From Calditrichaceae bacterium (GTDB lineage: Bacteria; Calditrichota; Calditrichia; Calditrichales; JBFXGD01), in contig JBFXLE010000005.1 in assembly GCA_050173015.1 (NCBI GenBank), positions 1 to 64,000 on the forward strand: DNA of 64,000 nt, given 5' to 3'. Both the position numbers and the translations under genes were made by a program. Shown here piece after piece: positions 1-11,393 of this stretch. A model generated the notes under the pieces. That model was not told the DNA's origin and made no database searches. It worked only from the letters and a program-made list of their open reading frames with translations. Each line of letters starts with the position of its first letter. Position 1 is the first letter of the stretch.

Positions 1-126
1 CATGCGGCATGAAAAATGGATCCGAAAAAATTTCTCAAAGGGATCCCTTTGAGAAAGGAAAAACAAAAGATATTTGTCAAGAGAAATATACCAAAATCTG
101 TAAACCTATTTCAGGACTTGACAAAG

Positions 127-180
127 TTGGAAGTAAGAAGTAGGAAGTAAGAAGTAGGAAGTGAGAAGGTTAAGAGTTAA
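127..180 (+). repeat. Short heptamer tandem repeat (GAAGTAA/GAAGTAG-type)
   Basis: ggaagtaagaagtaggaagtaagaagtaggaagtgagaag; the same unit recurs at ~20180-20222. Confidence 0.8.
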
Positions 181-353
181 GTGTAGGAAAGTTCAGAAAA
201 AAGATAAAATATAGAAACACAGCATGCTTTAGGTTATTGATAATTTGGTTGAATCATTCTATTTTATCTGAAAGTAGAAAATAATTGCAATAGTTATTTA
301 GAGTTTTTCGAAAGATGAACATTTAATACAATGATTACATTCAGGCTATCTAA

Positions 354-881
354 ATGAAATATATCATTGAAACAGAACGATTATTCCTTAGAGAATTTAA
401 GTCATCTGACGCGGAAAAAATGTACGAATTAAATTCTGATCCAGAGGTTATAAAATTCACAGGAGATTTGCCTTTTAAATCAATTGAAAGCGCAAAAGAG
501 TTCATAGAAAATTACTCTGATTACAAATTACAAGGATACGGTCGTTGGGCAGTGATAACCAAAGATTCTAACGAATTTATTGGCTGGTGTGGACTTAAAT
601 ACAATGAGGAAAACTTTACTGATATTGGATTTAGATTTTTTCAAAAAATATGGAATAAGGGATTTGCCACCGAAGCAGCAAAGGCCACTTTGGAGTACGG
701 ATTTAATATCTTAAACTTGGATGAAATTATTGGCCGCGCTTCGACAGACAATAAACCTTCTATAAAAGTTTTAGAAAAATTGAAAATGAGCTTTTGGAAA
801 CTGGACACTTGTGAAGGGATTGAAAACTCCGCGTATTACAGAATAAGTAGAACGCAATATGATAGGTGGAATAAAACATAA
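354..881 (+). CDS. GNAT N-acetyltransferase, RimJ/RimL family
   Basis: ETERLFLR start, FIGWCGL, WNKGFATEAA acetyl-CoA motif, N-x-x-S-x-x-VLEKL. Confidence 0.9.
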   Translation: MKYIIETERLFLREFKSSDAEKMYELNSDPEVIKFTGDLPFKSIESAKEFIENYSDYKLQGYGRWAVITKDSNEFIGWCGLKYNEENFTDIGFRFFQKIWNKGFATEAAKATLEYGFNILNLDEIIGRASTDNKPSIKVLEKLKMSFWKLDTCEGIENSAYYRISRTQYDRWNKT

Positions 882-1130
882 ATCGAACTTTTTACACTCT
901 GCTGAAAATATCTACTTAAAAAAACGCGTAGAATTCTTGTATTTCAGCCGTTGGTAAATCATGTCGCTACTGCTTCACACGATTCAAATACGGATGAATA
1001 CAATATTGTTATCTAAAAATTACAGCTCCTTTTTGGGGATTTAATATGATGACGGTTTTATGAAGACTGACAATGTAGAGATGCAGAGAAGCAAACAACC
1101 ATCGGGAATAATTTGGATAGGAATGAAAAA

Positions 1131-1649
1131 ATGGTAGTTGAGACAAAGAACCTTAGACTTATTCCATGTAACAACGACATTCTGCAAAGCGCGATTAACG
1201 GCAACGACAATCTTGCAAAATTTCTTTGGATAATCGTTGCGGACAATTGGACAGAATTCGGGACTGCCGCCCTACAGTATTCATTAGACAGACTTGCGGA
1301 GAGTCCGGAGGAGGATGGTTGGTGGACATACTTTCCAATTCACAAACAAGACAACAAGCTCATCGGTAGCGGTGGCTACAAAGGTAAACCGACAGAAACA
1401 GGGACAGTTGAACTCGGATACGAAATCGCGCCTGACTATCGCAACAGAGGATTTGCAACCGAAATGGCTGAAGGGCTGATTTCTAATGCTTTTGCCGACA
1501 AAAGAGTCAAGGCAATTATTGCCCATACATTGGGTGAAGAAAATGCATCAACAAAAGTTCTGACAAAATGCGGATTTGATAAAGTTGAAGAAATCAACGA
1601 CCCTGACGATGGTCTGATCTGGAAATGGGAGTTAAAACAAAAACCATGA
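1131..1649 (+). CDS. GNAT N-acetyltransferase, RimJ/RimL family
   Basis: ETKNLRL, VELGYEIAPDYRNRGFATE, NASTKVLTKCGF; ATG at 1131 preferred over the TTG at 1113. Confidence 0.9.
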   Translation: MVVETKNLRLIPCNNDILQSAINGNDNLAKFLWIIVADNWTEFGTAALQYSLDRLAESPEEDGWWTYFPIHKQDNKLIGSGGYKGKPTETGTVELGYEIAPDYRNRGFATEMAEGLISNAFADKRVKAIIAHTLGEENASTKVLTKCGFDKVEEINDPDDGLIWKWELKQKP

Positions 1650-1768
1650 CGCCGGTCGAAGAATTATAGCCAGTGTGTTATACCGAAATGACACGCCTGA
1701 CCAATCCGCTAAAAATTAACACATTTACCAATCATAAATTTAAATTTTTATTACTGAGTAACAGGCTT

Positions 1769-3286
1769 TTAGTATGATTTTGTGAACACCATGCCGCTAA
1801 ACTCTGTTGAGACCACCTTGTCGTTTGCCACTTCAAACTTCAATACGGCGCCGCTGCCCGGGATCATTTCCACACGAATGGAATTGTTTTTGACAAACGG
1901 TTCCGCCGCCGGGGATTTCAGATTGCCCAGTTCCACCACAAGCAAAGAATCTCCCGGATTCCTGATGATTAAGCGGCCCATGGGATCATTCTCATAAACA
2001 CCGGCATAAGCCGAAAACGGTAGTTCCAGCTGCCAGGTTCGCCGCGTACGTTCCGCCTCGTGGGCGTTAATTTTTTTCAGCCAACGGTCGTTTTGGGCTT
2101 TTACGCTGTCCAGTCGTGTCGCGTATGTCGAATCAATACCCGGTTTTCCGCTCAGATAATCAAACGCGTAAGATGCCAGCAGATAAGCCAGATCTTGCCC
2201 CTGATTATTCTCATTGCACAAAACAGTCACGCCAATATCATACTGAGGCATAAATGAGACCTGAGCATGGAACCCGGGAAAGCCACCATAGTGATGGAAA
2301 AGGGTGTCGCCTGCAGGTGTTGTGGCGATATTCCATCCAAAACCGTAGGCAAAACGATGCAGATCAAAATATGTTCTGTCCTGCGTCACCAGAGTTCCAT
2401 GCGCTTTCCGGATGAGATGGGACGAAAAGACTTGCTCACCATCTATCCTGCCGTCATTCAATCGGGTGATCAACCAGCGGGACAGGTCCCGTACAGTGGA
2501 TATCATCCCGCCCGCTGCGTGCATGGTATTATCTCTTTTCTGAAGTGGAACAGAATGCAGTTCATTCTCAGGATTGCCCTGTGTATAGGGTTTGGCCAGT
2601 TGCCAGCTTCGTTTTTGAGCATCAGAGATATAAGCGGATGTTTGTTTCATCTTCAGTGGTCTGAAAATTGTTTCCGCTAAGATATCCTGCCAGGGCTTTT
2701 TCATTTCACGCTCCAGAATCATACTGATCACCACATACCCAAAATTGGTGTATGCATATTGCTTAAACGGATATTTATCATTGACCTGAGTGAATTCTGC
2801 CAGAACACGGTCCAGTTTTTCCGACGTGTAATTGCCGGTATATGCAGTTAAATAGACCAGTGGATTATTTTTTAAACCGGAGGTATGGGTCAGCAGATGA
2901 TACATTGTCACACTGTCCGCTTTCAATTCAGAAACAAATTCAATCTCAGGAAAATATGCCGACAGTGATCGGTTGAGATCAATTTTGTTCTGATCGGCTA
3001 ATATCTGTGCAGCAAGCGCTGTGAACGATTTTGTCGAAGACGCGATATAAAAATCGGTTTCAGATGTTACCGGGATATTGTTCTCAACATCAGCCATACC
3101 GAAATACCCCTCATAGATCATCCGGTCGTCTTTAACGACACCGATCGCCAGCCCGTGTTGAGCGGACAACCTGCTGATCGCGTTATCAATATAGCGGTCA
3201 AAATCTTTACCGAATGATGTATAATCAGATTGAGACTGACCGTAAATAAGGAATGGTATAAAGATTAATCCCAGAATAATTTTCAT
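1769..3286 (-). CDS. Secreted serine hydrolase, beta-lactamase class C/AmpC-like family, with C-terminal extension
   Basis: Signal peptide MKIILGLIFIPFLIYG, SxxK motif (ASSTKSF), LLTHTSGL, YxN (YAYTN), HYGG triad. Confidence 0.9.
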   Translation of the reverse strand: MKIILGLIFIPFLIYGQSQSDYTSFGKDFDRYIDNAISRLSAQHGLAIGVVKDDRMIYEGYFGMADVENNIPVTSETDFYIASSTKSFTALAAQILADQNKIDLNRSLSAYFPEIEFVSELKADSVTMYHLLTHTSGLKNNPLVYLTAYTGNYTSEKLDRVLAEFTQVNDKYPFKQYAYTNFGYVVISMILEREMKKPWQDILAETIFRPLKMKQTSAYISDAQKRSWQLAKPYTQGNPENELHSVPLQKRDNTMHAAGGMISTVRDLSRWLITRLNDGRIDGEQVFSSHLIRKAHGTLVTQDRTYFDLHRFAYGFGWNIATTPAGDTLFHHYGGFPGFHAQVSFMPQYDIGVTVLCNENNQGQDLAYLLASYAFDYLSGKPGIDSTYATRLDSVKAQNDRWLKKINAHEAERTRRTWQLELPFSAYAGVYENDPMGRLIIRNPGDSLLVVELGNLKSPAAEPFVKNNSIRVEMIPGSGAVLKFEVANDKVVSTEFSGMVFTKSY

Positions 3287-3501
3287 GCAAAGCCCCCTCA
3301 CGCGGTTTAACATCCGTGTTTCTCATGGTTTGTTGTGTTTGATAATATTTATTAGGACAACCCCAAATTAAAAAAGGTTTCAACAGGCAAAAATGCGCCA
3401 GTCAAAACAATTGGGCCTTTTTAGTGTGAGAATAGAACGAATAGCATCTTTGTGGCGATTGGCAGAATTTAGAATTTTTAGACTGAATTTGATTTTCAAA
3501 T

Positions 3502-4737
3502 TCAGCTTACCCTCTCCTCCCTCTTCAGCATCTGTTTTATCAGACCAAAACCCAGCCAGATAAATATCCCGGTAATTCCGGCGCTGTACCACAGGTTCAC
3601 CGGCCCGAATGTATCATAGATCCAGGTTCCCGTGGCGGGTCCTATCACAAAACTGATGGCAAAACTGAACGTAAACATCCCCATATATCTGCCGCGGTTA
3701 CGGTCGGTGGCGCGGTTAGCGATAAATCCCCCCGCCAGCGGAAATACCAGCATTTCACCAATGGTCCAGACAACCACGGTAAACATTATATATCCATACG
3801 AATCACTAAACGGAATAATTCCAAATCCTGCGAATAATAAAAAAGAACCAATCCCCATAATTTTCACCGGGTCGGCTCTTTCCAAACGATGCACCAGTGG
3901 CATTTCCATAAAAACGACCAGCAATGCGTTTAATGCCAAAAGAAAACCAATATTATTCTCAGGAAAACCGGTGATCTGTCTAAGATACAGGGGCCATGTG
4001 TTAAATATCTGCACAAAAAGTATACCCATCACCAGGAGTAATCCCAACATCGACAAAAACACTAAATCACGCCACGGGGATATATCAGCCGGGCCGCTTT
4101 CCTCCGGCGGCGCTTTCTTGAATTTCACCTTATGAAAAAACAGCCAGAAAAATACCGAGGCAAAAATGCATGTCAGCCCGTCTGCCCAGAACAGGTAGTG
4201 GTAGTTCATCGTGGCCAAAACGCCGCCAACCGCGGGACCGATGGCGATGCCGAAATTAATGGCAAGACGGTTCAGAGCGAATCCGCGGGAACGGAGTTCC
4301 GGCGGGCATGCACCGGCAAGCGCCGTGGCGTTGGCCGGCCGGAAAGCATCGGCCACAGCGGCCAGTAGGAATAAAGTGACGGCGATAGAAACCGGAGTTG
4401 TCACATACCCTAAAATAATGAATCCAATTCCCGAGAAAAGGAGACTGTATAACTGTACCTTACCTGTCCCAAACCGATCACTCAGCCATCCCCCGAGAAA
4501 AGCGCCGGTCATGGAACCTATTCCGTAAACGCTGATCATTCTCCCCGCCTCAGATACCGAAAAATTGAGTTTTTGAGTAAGGTAAATGGCGAGAAAAAAT
4601 AAAACCATCGATCCGCTGCGGTTTATAAACACAACGAATGAAAGCAGCCAAACATCGGTTGGGAGGCCGGAGTAAGCTGATTTATACCCGGTGAGGAGCT
4701 TTTTTATCAACGATTTATTCACTCTTTCCTTTGGCAT
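3502..4737 (-). CDS. MFS transporter
   Basis: About 12 hydrophobic segments, motif A GWLSDRFG. Confidence 0.9.
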   Translation of the reverse strand: MPKERVNKSLIKKLLTGYKSAYSGLPTDVWLLSFVVFINRSGSMVLFFLAIYLTQKLNFSVSEAGRMISVYGIGSMTGAFLGGWLSDRFGTGKVQLYSLLFSGIGFIILGYVTTPVSIAVTLFLLAAVADAFRPANATALAGACPPELRSRGFALNRLAINFGIAIGPAVGGVLATMNYHYLFWADGLTCIFASVFFWLFFHKVKFKKAPPEESGPADISPWRDLVFLSMLGLLLVMGILFVQIFNTWPLYLRQITGFPENNIGFLLALNALLVVFMEMPLVHRLERADPVKIMGIGSFLLFAGFGIIPFSDSYGYIMFTVVVWTIGEMLVFPLAGGFIANRATDRNRGRYMGMFTFSFAISFVIGPATGTWIYDTFGPVNLWYSAGITGIFIWLGFGLIKQMLKREERVS

Positions 4738-5086
4738 TATTAAAAATTTAAGACATTATGGAATAAATTCATCGTTTGATCTATTAATTGATAGATAAAA
4801 CAGAATTCAATGCAGCAAAGTTAAATTAAATTCCTTTTAAATCAACCATTCATTGCCGCCGATCATAAATAATAATTTTTTTGAAAAAAAATTAAACATT
4901 AAGATGATTAAAAATAAAGAATTGAACTATACCTGCCGAGAATCAATACTTGATTTAATCGTCCTGTGATTATCAAGTTAATAAAATCTGGGCCTTCGCA
5001 CATGATTTTAGGCTTGTCAAATTTTAGAATATAAAACAGGATTGCGTGAGCAAAGATGTTGATCGTACAAAAACCGGGGTTTCTTA

Positions 5087-7234
5087 ATGCGGAAAAATAA
5101 CACAGCGGGTGAGGAAGTAATCAATTTAGAGAAACGCATTGATAAGTTAGAAATTGAACTTCAACGCGTCAGTCACGCGCAAAAAATGCTGCGTGAGTGC
5201 AACCGGGTTATTATTCAGGCCAAAGATGAGAAGGTGTTACTGAAAAAGATTTGTAAGATCGTTGTTTCAGTGGGCGGTTATCGTTTGGCATGGGTCGGAT
5301 TTCCGGAATCGGGTACAACAAAAAAAGTTGTCCCTGTGGCGCAGGTTGGTTATGATGACGGATATCTGGAGAACCAGAACATTCGGTGGGACGACACTAA
5401 ATGGGGCAGTGGGCCGACCGGTCTGGCCATCCGCACGGGTAAAACACAAATCGCGAAAGACATCAGCGCGGATCCCAATTATGCCCCCTGGCGCAAAGAT
5501 GCCATTAACCGCGGATACACACATTCCGCGTCAATACCAATAAAAATCAAACGGAGTGTTATTGGAACACTTAATATTTACTCATCGGAAACGGAAGCGT
5601 TTTGTAAAGATGAAGTGGCTTTGCTTGAGAATTTGGTGAGTGATTTGGCTTATGGCGTTCAAAATTTACGAGAACGGATTGAGCGTGTTAATGTGGAAAC
5701 CGCGCTAAAAAAATCTGAAGAAAAATACCGTAAGTTTTTTGAAGATGATTTAACAGGTGATTTTATTTCTGCCATTGACGGAACGCTTTTAGCCTGTAAT
5801 CCGGCTTATCTGAGAATTTTTGGATTCAAATCGGAAAAAGAAGCCTTAAAATATAATGTAAATTTACTCTACCCAAACGCAGAGGTCAGAAAAAAATTAC
5901 TGAGTGAACTGAGTGTTAAGAAAAAGCTGGAGAACTATGAAATAGATCTTCGGTCGAAAGACGGGAAACCAATTCAGGTCATCGAAAACATCGTAGGTCA
6001 CTACGATAAAAGCGGAAATCTGATAGAGATAAAAGGATATGTTCTCGATGTCACGGAAAGCAAAAGGATCGAAAAACAGCTTTATCTTTCCCAGAAACTG
6101 GAAGCCGTTGGAAGGCTTGCGGGCGGGGTCGCTCATGACTTTAACAATCTGCTTTCAGTCATCATGGGATACAGTAATTTTGTTCTGAAAATTGTTCAGG
6201 GCGCTGAACCGGCATCCAAGTACGTCGAGGAAATCGTAAAGGCCGCCGAAAGGGCGGGATCACTCACCAGGCAGCTTTTAGCGTTCAGCCGTAAACAGAT
6301 TTTACAGCCCAAGATCGTAAATCTGAATGACATCGTTCACGATATGGAGAAAATGCTAAGACGACTCATTGGTGAAGATATTATTCTGGACTCAAAATTA
6401 AACGATGATGTCAAACAGGTTAAAGCCGATCCGGGGCAGATGGAACAGGTATTGATGAATCTCGCGGTGAATGCCCGAGACGCCATGCCCACCGGCGGCA
6501 GATTGACCATCGAGACCAGCAATGTATATCTGGATGAAATCTACGCGCAAAAACATCAGCCCGTCCTTACCGGTCATTATGTGATGTTCGCGATGTGCGA
6601 TACCGGTACCGGTATGGATGAAGACACAAAATCCCAGATTTTTGAACCGTTCTTTTCCACTAAAGAAAAAGGTAAAGGAACCGGTTTGGGAATGTCCACT
6701 GTTTACGGTATCATTAAACAGAGCGGGGGATATATCTGGATTTACAGTGAACTGGGCCATGGAACAACCATAAAAATTTATCTGCCCCAGGTGGATCAGG
6801 CACCGTTTAAGGTTAAAAGGAATCGTTTTGATCCCAAATCTTTTAGAGGAACCGAAACCATTCTGCTTGTCGAAGATGATAAGATGGTCAGGGATATGGC
6901 TTTTATTACACTTGAAAAATACGGCTATACGGTATATTCCGCTTCAAACGGTGAAGACGCTCTCAACCTTGTCAACACACTTAAAGCAGACTTTGATCTT
7001 CTACTGACAGATGTGGTTATGCCCGGAATGAGTGGAAGGGAACTTGCCAAAAAAATTGAGCCTTTGTTTGACAATATCAAAATTCTCTTCATGTCAGGCT
7101 TTACCGATGACGCGATCGTTCAGCACGGAGTTCTTGACGCGGATCTTCAGTTTTTCCAGAAACCATTCAGCCCGACGGATCTTGCCCGGCGGGTCAGAGG
7201 ACTGCTCGACGCGAAAGATCTTGGCAAGGATTAA
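5087..7234 (+). CDS. Hybrid sensor histidine kinase (GAF-PAS-HisKA-HATPase-REC), CckA-like
   Basis: [12 protein letters not shown]-box, NARDAM N-box, GKGTGLG G-box, receiver ILLVEDD...LLLTDVVMP...KPFS. Confidence 0.95.
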   Translation: MRKNNTAGEEVINLEKRIDKLEIELQRVSHAQKMLRECNRVIIQAKDEKVLLKKICKIVVSVGGYRLAWVGFPESGTTKKVVPVAQVGYDDGYLENQNIRWDDTKWGSGPTGLAIRTGKTQIAKDISADPNYAPWRKDAINRGYTHSASIPIKIKRSVIGTLNIYSSETEAFCKDEVALLENLVSDLAYGVQNLRERIERVNVETALKKSEEKYRKFFEDDLTGDFISAIDGTLLACNPAYLRIFGFKSEKEALKYNVNLLYPNAEVRKKLLSELSVKKKLENYEIDLRSKDGKPIQVIENIVGHYDKSGNLIEIKGYVLDVTESKRIEKQLYLSQKLEAVGRLAGGVAHDFNNLLSVIMGYSNFVLKIVQGAEPASKYVEEIVKAAERAGSLTRQLLAFSRKQILQPKIVNLNDIVHDMEKMLRRLIGEDIILDSKLNDDVKQVKADPGQMEQVLMNLAVNARDAMPTGGRLTIETSNVYLDEIYAQKHQPVLTGHYVMFAMCDTGTGMDEDTKSQIFEPFFSTKEKGKGTGLGMSTVYGIIKQSGGYIWIYSELGHGTTIKIYLPQVDQAPFKVKRNRFDPKSFRGTETILLVEDDKMVRDMAFITLEKYGYTVYSASNGEDALNLVNTLKADFDLLLTDVVMPGMSGRELAKKIEPLFDNIKILFMSGFTDDAIVQHGVLDADLQFFQKPFSPTDLARRVRGLLDAKDLGKD

Positions 7235-7240
7235 ATTGAT

Positions 7241-7690
7241 TTAGGTATTGATTCGTTCCTGATAGTCAACAAGCATTATTTCATACTCAGAAGACATGAG
7301 CGGCGATGAAATCATAAAATCGGCGCTTGACCGGTTGTTTGCCAACGGGAGATTGTACACCACCGCAATTCGTAACAGCGCCTTTACGTCCACGTCATGT
7401 GGCTGAGGTTCAAGCGGATCCCAAAAAAATATCATGCAGTCAAGCCCGCCCTCGGCAATTTTTGCACCGATCTGCTGATCCCCGCCCAACGGACCACTTT
7501 TAAATCTGTGAACGCTTAAATTGAGTTTGTCAGCAATCATCTTACCGGTGGTTCCGGTTCCGAAAAGTTCATGTTCAGAAAGCAGATCACGGTTGAATTT
7601 TGCCCATTCAAGCAAATCATTTTTCCGGTTATCATGCGCGATCAGCGCGATACGTTTTCTTGTTTTTATCTTTACGATTTTTGTCTGCAA
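7241..7690 (-). CDS. mgsA: Methylglyoxal synthase
   Basis: IALIAHD, TGTTG, SGPLGGDQQIG, FFWDPL..PHDVDVKAL. Confidence 0.97.
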   Translation of the reverse strand: MQTKIVKIKTRKRIALIAHDNRKNDLLEWAKFNRDLLSEHELFGTGTTGKMIADKLNLSVHRFKSGPLGGDQQIGAKIAEGGLDCMIFFWDPLEPQPHDVDVKALLRIAVVYNLPLANNRSSADFMISSPLMSSEYEIMLVDYQERINT

Positions 7691-7841
7691 GATTAGCCCT
7701 CTTTAGTTGTTGATTATCCAACATACAGAATGATTGTTACTACAAAGCTAGAATCTGATTAGATCGGGATTATATTTTGTGAACGCGATTTTATAGTCCA
7801 AGTTTTATTCGATTTATTAAATATCTTCCCCTGATTTTTAT

Positions 7842-7877
7842 AAAAAAAAACGGGAACAGCAGAACTATTCCCGTTTT
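7842..7877 (-). terminator. Intrinsic terminator after aconitase
   Basis: aaaacgggaa...ttcccgtttt hairpin with adjoining A-run (U-tract on the minus strand). Confidence 0.7.
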
Positions 7878-7897
7878 ATCATCACCTTAGAGGAAAA

Positions 7898-10162
7898 TTA
7901 CTTATTCTGGGCGGCGATCATGTTCAGCGCGGAGCCGGCCTTAAACCAGGCAATCTGGGAATCATTATAGGAATGATTCGTTTTGATTTTTTCCGATGAG
8001 CCGTCCGCATGATGCAGTTCCAGAGTCAAAGGTTTACCGGGGGTAAAATCCGTCAGATCGATGATATCGATCGTGTCATCTTCCTTAATTTTATCATAAT
8101 CAGCAGGATTCGCGAAGGTCAGTCCCAGCATCCCCTGTTTTTTAAGATTGGTTTCATGAATACGCGCAAAGGATTTAACCAGAACCACCCGAACACCCAG
8201 ATGTCTCGGTTCCATCGCGGCATGTTCACGTGATGATCCTTCGCCGTAGTTCTCGTCACCCACCACAATGGTTGGAATACCTGCCGCTTTGTAAGCGCGC
8301 GCCGCAGCCGGTACCGCTTCATAAACGCCGGTAAGCTGATTCTTTATTGAATCTGTCTTCTGATTAAAGGCGTTCACCGCTCCGGTCAGCATGTTATTGG
8401 AAATATTATCCAGATGTCCGCGATATTTTAACCATGGTCCGGCCATTGAAATATGGTCCGTTGTACATTTACCAAAAGCCTTGATGAGCAGTTTCATACC
8501 GGTCAGATTCTTACCGTCCCATGGATTGAACGGTGTAAGCAGCTGCAGACGATCCGATTTGGGATCAACCGCGACGGAGACTTTGCTTCCGTCTTTCGCC
8601 GGACCCTGATATCCCGCGTCTTCCACATCAAATCCCTTTACAGGCATTTCGATGCCCTTCGGCTCATCCAGTTTTACTTTTTCACCTTTTTCATTTACGA
8701 GCGTATCGGTCATCGGGTTAAAGGAAAGATCGCCGGCGATCGCCATCGCCGTTACAATTTCCGGAGAAGCCACAAAACTGTGTGTGTTTGGATTGCCGTC
8801 GTTTCTTTTGGCAAAGTTTCTGTTAAAGGAAGTTATAATGGAATTTTTTTCCTTCTTTTCAGCGCCGTGCCTCGCCCATTGTCCGATGCATGGACCACAA
8901 GCGTTAGCCAAAACCACACCACCCATACTTTCAAAAATATCCAGATATCCGTCACGTTCAACGGTATAACGTACCTGCTCTGATCCTGGAGTTATGGTAA
9001 ATTCAGCCTTTGCTTTCAGATTTTTATCGACCGCCTGTTTTGCCAGGGAAGCCGCTCTGGTGATATCTTCATATGATGAATTCGTGCAGGAGCCTATCAA
9101 GCCCACTTCCAGTCTCTGCGGCCAGCCATTTTTCTTAACCGCCGCGGCAAATTCTGAAATCGGTGTAGCCAGATCGGGTGTAAACGGACCGTTTATATGC
9201 GGTTCAAGCTCAGAAAGATTAATTTCAATAACCTGATCAAAATATTTTTCGGGATTATTATAAACTTCCTGATCTCCTGTCAAATGTTCGGCTACGGCAT
9301 CGGCCATCTTTGCCACGTCCGCTCTTCCTGTTCCCTGGAGGTATTCCGCCATTTTTTTATCATATCCGAAGGTAGAAGTCGTTGCTCCGATTTCCGCGCC
9401 CATGTTGCAGATGGTGCCTTTTCCGGTACAGGAAATGCTTTCCGCTCCCGGTCCGAAATATTCAACGATGGCTCCGGTTCCGCCTTTTACCGTCAGAATG
9501 CCGGCAACCTTCAGGATAACATCCTTTGCTGAAGTCCAGCCGCTCATTTTACCTGTCAGTTTTACACCGATCAGTTTCGGAAATTTCAATTCCCAGGGCA
9601 TTCCGGCCATGACGTCCACCGCGTCCGCGCCGCCGACCCCAATGGCGATCATTCCCAAACCACCCGCGTTCACCGTATGTGAATCGGTTCCTATCATCAT
9701 ACCGCCGGGGAAAGCATAATTTTCGAGAACTACCTGATGAATAATACCCGCGCCCGGTTTCCAGAAACCAATCCCGTATTTATTGGAGACTGTACTTAAA
9801 AAATCGTAAACCTCCTTATTTACATCCTTCGCGACTTCCAAATCTTTTTCCGCGCCGACTTTCGCCTGGATAAGATGATCACAGTGAACGGTGCTCGGGA
9901 CGGCTGTTTTTATCCGGCCGGCCTGCATAAACTGCAACAGAGCCATCTGCGCTGTAGCATCCTGCATGGCCACACGATCCGGGGCAAAATCAACATAGGA
10001 TTTACCCCGTTGAAATACCTCTTTTGCCAAACCGTCAAAAAGGTGCGAATATAAAATCTTTTCTGACAAAGTTAAAGGCTTCCCTACAATATTTCTTGCC
10101 GCCTTTATCCGCTCGGGCATCCGGGCGTAACTTTCTTTAATCATGTCTAAATCAAAAACCAT
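7898..10162 (-). CDS. acnA: Aconitate hydratase (mitochondrial-type)
   Basis: [54 protein letters not shown]; start moved to the ATG of MVFDLD, downstream of a GAGGAG RBS. Confidence 0.95.
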   Translation of the reverse strand: MVFDLDMIKESYARMPERIKAARNIVGKPLTLSEKILYSHLFDGLAKEVFQRGKSYVDFAPDRVAMQDATAQMALLQFMQAGRIKTAVPSTVHCDHLIQAKVGAEKDLEVAKDVNKEVYDFLSTVSNKYGIGFWKPGAGIIHQVVLENYAFPGGMMIGTDSHTVNAGGLGMIAIGVGGADAVDVMAGMPWELKFPKLIGVKLTGKMSGWTSAKDVILKVAGILTVKGGTGAIVEYFGPGAESISCTGKGTICNMGAEIGATTSTFGYDKKMAEYLQGTGRADVAKMADAVAEHLTGDQEVYNNPEKYFDQVIEINLSELEPHINGPFTPDLATPISEFAAAVKKNGWPQRLEVGLIGSCTNSSYEDITRAASLAKQAVDKNLKAKAEFTITPGSEQVRYTVERDGYLDIFESMGGVVLANACGPCIGQWARHGAEKKEKNSIITSFNRNFAKRNDGNPNTHSFVASPEIVTAMAIAGDLSFNPMTDTLVNEKGEKVKLDEPKGIEMPVKGFDVEDAGYQGPAKDGSKVSVAVDPKSDRLQLLTPFNPWDGKNLTGMKLLIKAFGKCTTDHISMAGPWLKYRGHLDNISNNMLTGAVNAFNQKTDSIKNQLTGVYEAVPAAARAYKAAGIPTIVVGDENYGEGSSREHAAMEPRHLGVRVVLVKSFARIHETNLKKQGMLGLTFANPADYDKIKEDDTIDIIDLTDFTPGKPLTLELHHADGSSEKIKTNHSYNDSQIAWFKAGSALNMIAAQNK

Positions 10163-10396
10163 TTTTAGAACTCCTCTGTTTATATGAAGAAATAAAAATA
10201 CAAAATACAAATCAATAAATCTATTAAAAAACCTGACCGGAATATCATTTTATTAGATTAAACTCAGTAAAAAACCGGATAAATTCCACATCAGGCAAAA
10301 AAAGAAACGCGCGGGTAGATAACTAATAATAAGGGAAGAATATTTTGACAGAGGATACCGGATTTCACGATACCGGTTGACCCGTCATAAAAACCG

Positions 10397-10426
10397 AAAA
10401 AAAAAACCGGGAGATTGCTCTCCCGG
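10397..10426 (-). terminator. Intrinsic terminator after hflC
   Basis: ccgggaga-ttgc-tctcccgg hairpin next to an A-run (U-tract on the minus strand). Confidence 0.75.
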
Positions 10427-10433
10427 CTTTCGG

Positions 10434-11393
10434 TTAACGGCCTGATTCCTTCTCAAGATATTTGTAGAAATCGCTCTTTGTTGACAAAAGCAGCCAGTCT
10501 TTTTCTGAGAATGTTTCTTTGTATGTTTCAAGCGTTTTGGTAAAACGGTAGAAATCTCTTGAATCGGCGTTCTGATTATATGCCCTGGCAAAAATGGCTG
10601 TCGCCTCCGCATCCGCCTTACCTTTAATTTCCTCGGCGGTTTTATAGGCTTCGGATTGAATTCGTTTCAGCTCGCGTTCCTTATCACCTATTATTTTGGA
10701 AGCTTCACCCTGCCCCTCTGAACGATACTTATCCGCGATCCGTTTACGTTCGGTGATCATCCTGTCATAAACCTTTCTCCGGACTTCTTCAACATAATCG
10801 ATTCGCTTAAGCTGCAGATCCAGCAGTTCAATTCCAAGTTCTTTTGTTCTTTCCGTCGCGGCGGCAAGTATTTCCCGTGAAATTTTTTCCCGACCAACTT
10901 TAATTTTCGGAAAAACATCATCCAGTTCCTCCGATTTACCAAAGGTATCAAGGACGACAGTCGGTTCACGGTTTGTGTTCCGAACAATTTCAACAAGGTC
11001 ATGATTCGCGACCGCATTTCTGGTTTCGCCGTCCAGGATATCATCCAGCCGGCTGTGCGCTCCCCGCTCATCGCGAAGACGCTGGAAAAACAATAGAGGA
11101 TCTGATATACGCCATCTGCCGTAGGTATCAACCCAAATAAATCTTTTATCTTTTGTGGGAACCTGATTCGCGTCACCGTCCCACTCCAGGAATCGTTTGT
11201 CAAAGAAATGCGCTTCCTGAATAAGCGGAAGTTTGAAATGGATTCCCGGTTCTGTGATGGCCACACCTATGGGACGCCCAAATTGCGTGATCACCACCTG
11301 CTGAGTCTCATCCACAACGAATGCCGCGGAGACCAGAACAATAAGCGCGGCAAACCCTATGATCCCGGCAATAATTGAGTTTTTATTTTTCAT
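10434..11393 (-). CDS. hflC: FtsH protease modulator HflC
   Basis: N-terminal TM, SPFH domain, RMITER...A..YRSEG, FYRFTKTLETY; overlaps hflK. Confidence 0.93.
   Translation of the reverse strand: MKNKNSIIAGIIGFAALIVLVSAAFVVDETQQVVITQFGRPIGVAITEPGIHFKLPLIQEAHFFDKRFLEWDGDANQVPTKDKRFIWVDTYGRWRISDPLLFFQRLRDERGAHSRLDDILDGETRNAVANHDLVEIVRNTNREPTVVLDTFGKSEELDDVFPKIKVGREKISREILAAATERTKELGIELLDLQLKRIDYVEEVRRKVYDRMITERKRIADKYRSEGQGEASKIIGDKERELKRIQSEAYKTAEEIKGKADAEATAIFARAYNQNADSRDFYRFTKTLETYKETFSEKDWLLLSTKSDFYKYLEKESGR

Noticed and set aside
1769-3286. True beta-lactamase
   Set aside because: The motifs are shared by the broad serine hydrolase family; size and C-terminal extension fit a peptidase or esterase equally well.
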